From NCBI GenBank assembly GCA_024626585.2, contig JANKJI020000004.1:115726717-115749438 (forward strand): a stretch of 22,722 bases of DNA. The letters are read 5' to 3'. Positions 21,857 through 22,722 of this stretch are shown here, piece after piece. This DNA is from Ginkgo biloba. Lineage: Eukaryota; Plantae; Ginkgophyta. The position numbers were made by a program, and so were the translations under genes. Each line of letters opens with the position of its first letter. Position 1 is the first letter of the stretch. Below the pieces are notes generated by a model, which worked only from the letters and a program-made list of their open reading frames with translations, was not told the origin of the DNA and searched no databases.

Positions 21857-22250
21857 ATAGAGGAGAAAGTGGATGACATAATAGAAGCTAAGATTCAAGA
21901 GTTGGAGTCCAATATGCAAATGGTACTATAATTATTATTATAAACAAAATAGTATATAGGTGAAAATAAAATTGAATTAGAGTTAGAAATTATGACTAGG
22001 GAGAAAGGAATTGATGGTAGTTCCAATAATGAGGGAAATAAATGTGTTAGTTCAAAGAATAGAGGAGAAAGTGGATGACATGATAGAAGCTAAGATTCAA
22101 GAGTTGGAGTCCAATATGTAGATGGTACTACAATTATTATTAGAAATAAAATAGTAGATAGGTGAAAATAAAATTTAATTAGAGTTAGAAATTATGACCA
22201 TAGAGTAAGGAATTAATGGTAGTTCCAAGAATAAGGAGAATAAATTTGTT
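21857..22250 (+). repeat. 202-bp tandem duplication
   Basis: ATAGAGGAGAAAGTGGATGACAT.ATAGAAGCTAAGATTCAAGAGTTGGAGTCCAATATG... starts at both 21857 and 22059. Confidence 0.95.
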
Positions 22251-22269
22251 ATGGTGGAGGGAGAATTCC

Positions 22270-22722
22270 ATTCTTTCAAAAGTTCATTCAGATTTGAGGC
22301 AAAGGTATATATCAAACCTTAAAACAATGAAAGGAATATGGAGAATTTGAACAAATGGATAAGGAAGATAGAGGCATACTTTAGTTGTTATAGTTTCAAA
22401 GATAAGGAGAAAATATACTTTTCTCAACTAAATATGGAAGGTTACTTACTATTATGGTGGGAAATCATATGCCAAAAAAGATCCCTCATAAACAAGAATA
22501 CCATTTTGGGTTGGGATGAGTTCAAGACTATTGTCAAGATCGAATTCTATCTAATGGAGTATAAGGAGGAACAAGCTTTCAAATGGAATCACATTGAATA
22601 ATGACAACGACAAGGGGTATAGGAATATACTACCAAGTTTTGTCAATGATGTATCCATATAAGGATAAATCAAATTGACTGATGAATTTTGATGAAGTAT
22701 CTCATCGGCTTGCATAGAAATA
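22270..22722 (+). pseudogene. Retrotransposon gag remnant
   Basis: ORF 22338-22601 reads LNKWIRKIEAYF...KEKIYFSQLNMEGYLLLWWE...WDEFKTIVKIEFY, a typical Ty3 gag capsid pattern. It is followed by a decayed RQ...V.EY..KF motif and has in-frame stops. Confidence 0.9.

Larger units (their letters stand above)
21679..22722 (+). mobile_element. Second copy of the same Gypsy family: LTR 3' end, PBS, leader, gag (runs off window)
   Basis: LTR end AAAAAATGTATCA (to 21735), AAG spacer, then PBS. Collinear homology with the reverse complement of 6685-7346. Confidence 0.9.

Overview
AT-rich, CpG-depleted eukaryotic scaffold with many N gaps. It looks like a large plant genome; the gymnosperm-like retroelements suggest that group, but this is inference. 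No intact protein-coding gene is visible, and the long ORFs in the track are gap artefacts. Most of the window is decayed transposons. (i) A minus-strand Ty3/Gypsy element spans <1-8173, with 5' LTR 7290-8173, tRNA-iMet PBS, gag remnant, integrase tail and partial 3' LTR. Its LTRs carry a 25-bp minisatellite with a 75-bp higher-order repeat, and its middle is occupied by a different decayed long ORF ending in a coiled coil. (ii) A plus-strand L1 3' fragment lies at ~9.6-10.5 kb. (iii) A Copia integrase remnant lies at ~15.4-16.2 kb. (iv) A long decayed L1 LINE (ORF1, endonuclease, RT) lies at ~16.3-20 kb. (v) A second copy of the same Gypsy family starts at ~21.7 kb in the opposite orientation. 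Between these, ~11.0-15.1 kb is a CpG-retaining, non-TE island. It looks like a spliced minus-strand transcription unit with a DRE/ABRE/CCA1-site/MSA promoter and a 17-aa small ORF but no recognisable main CDS. It may be a lncRNA or pri-miRNA, or the CDS may be hidden in the gaps. This island is the best candidate for something novel.
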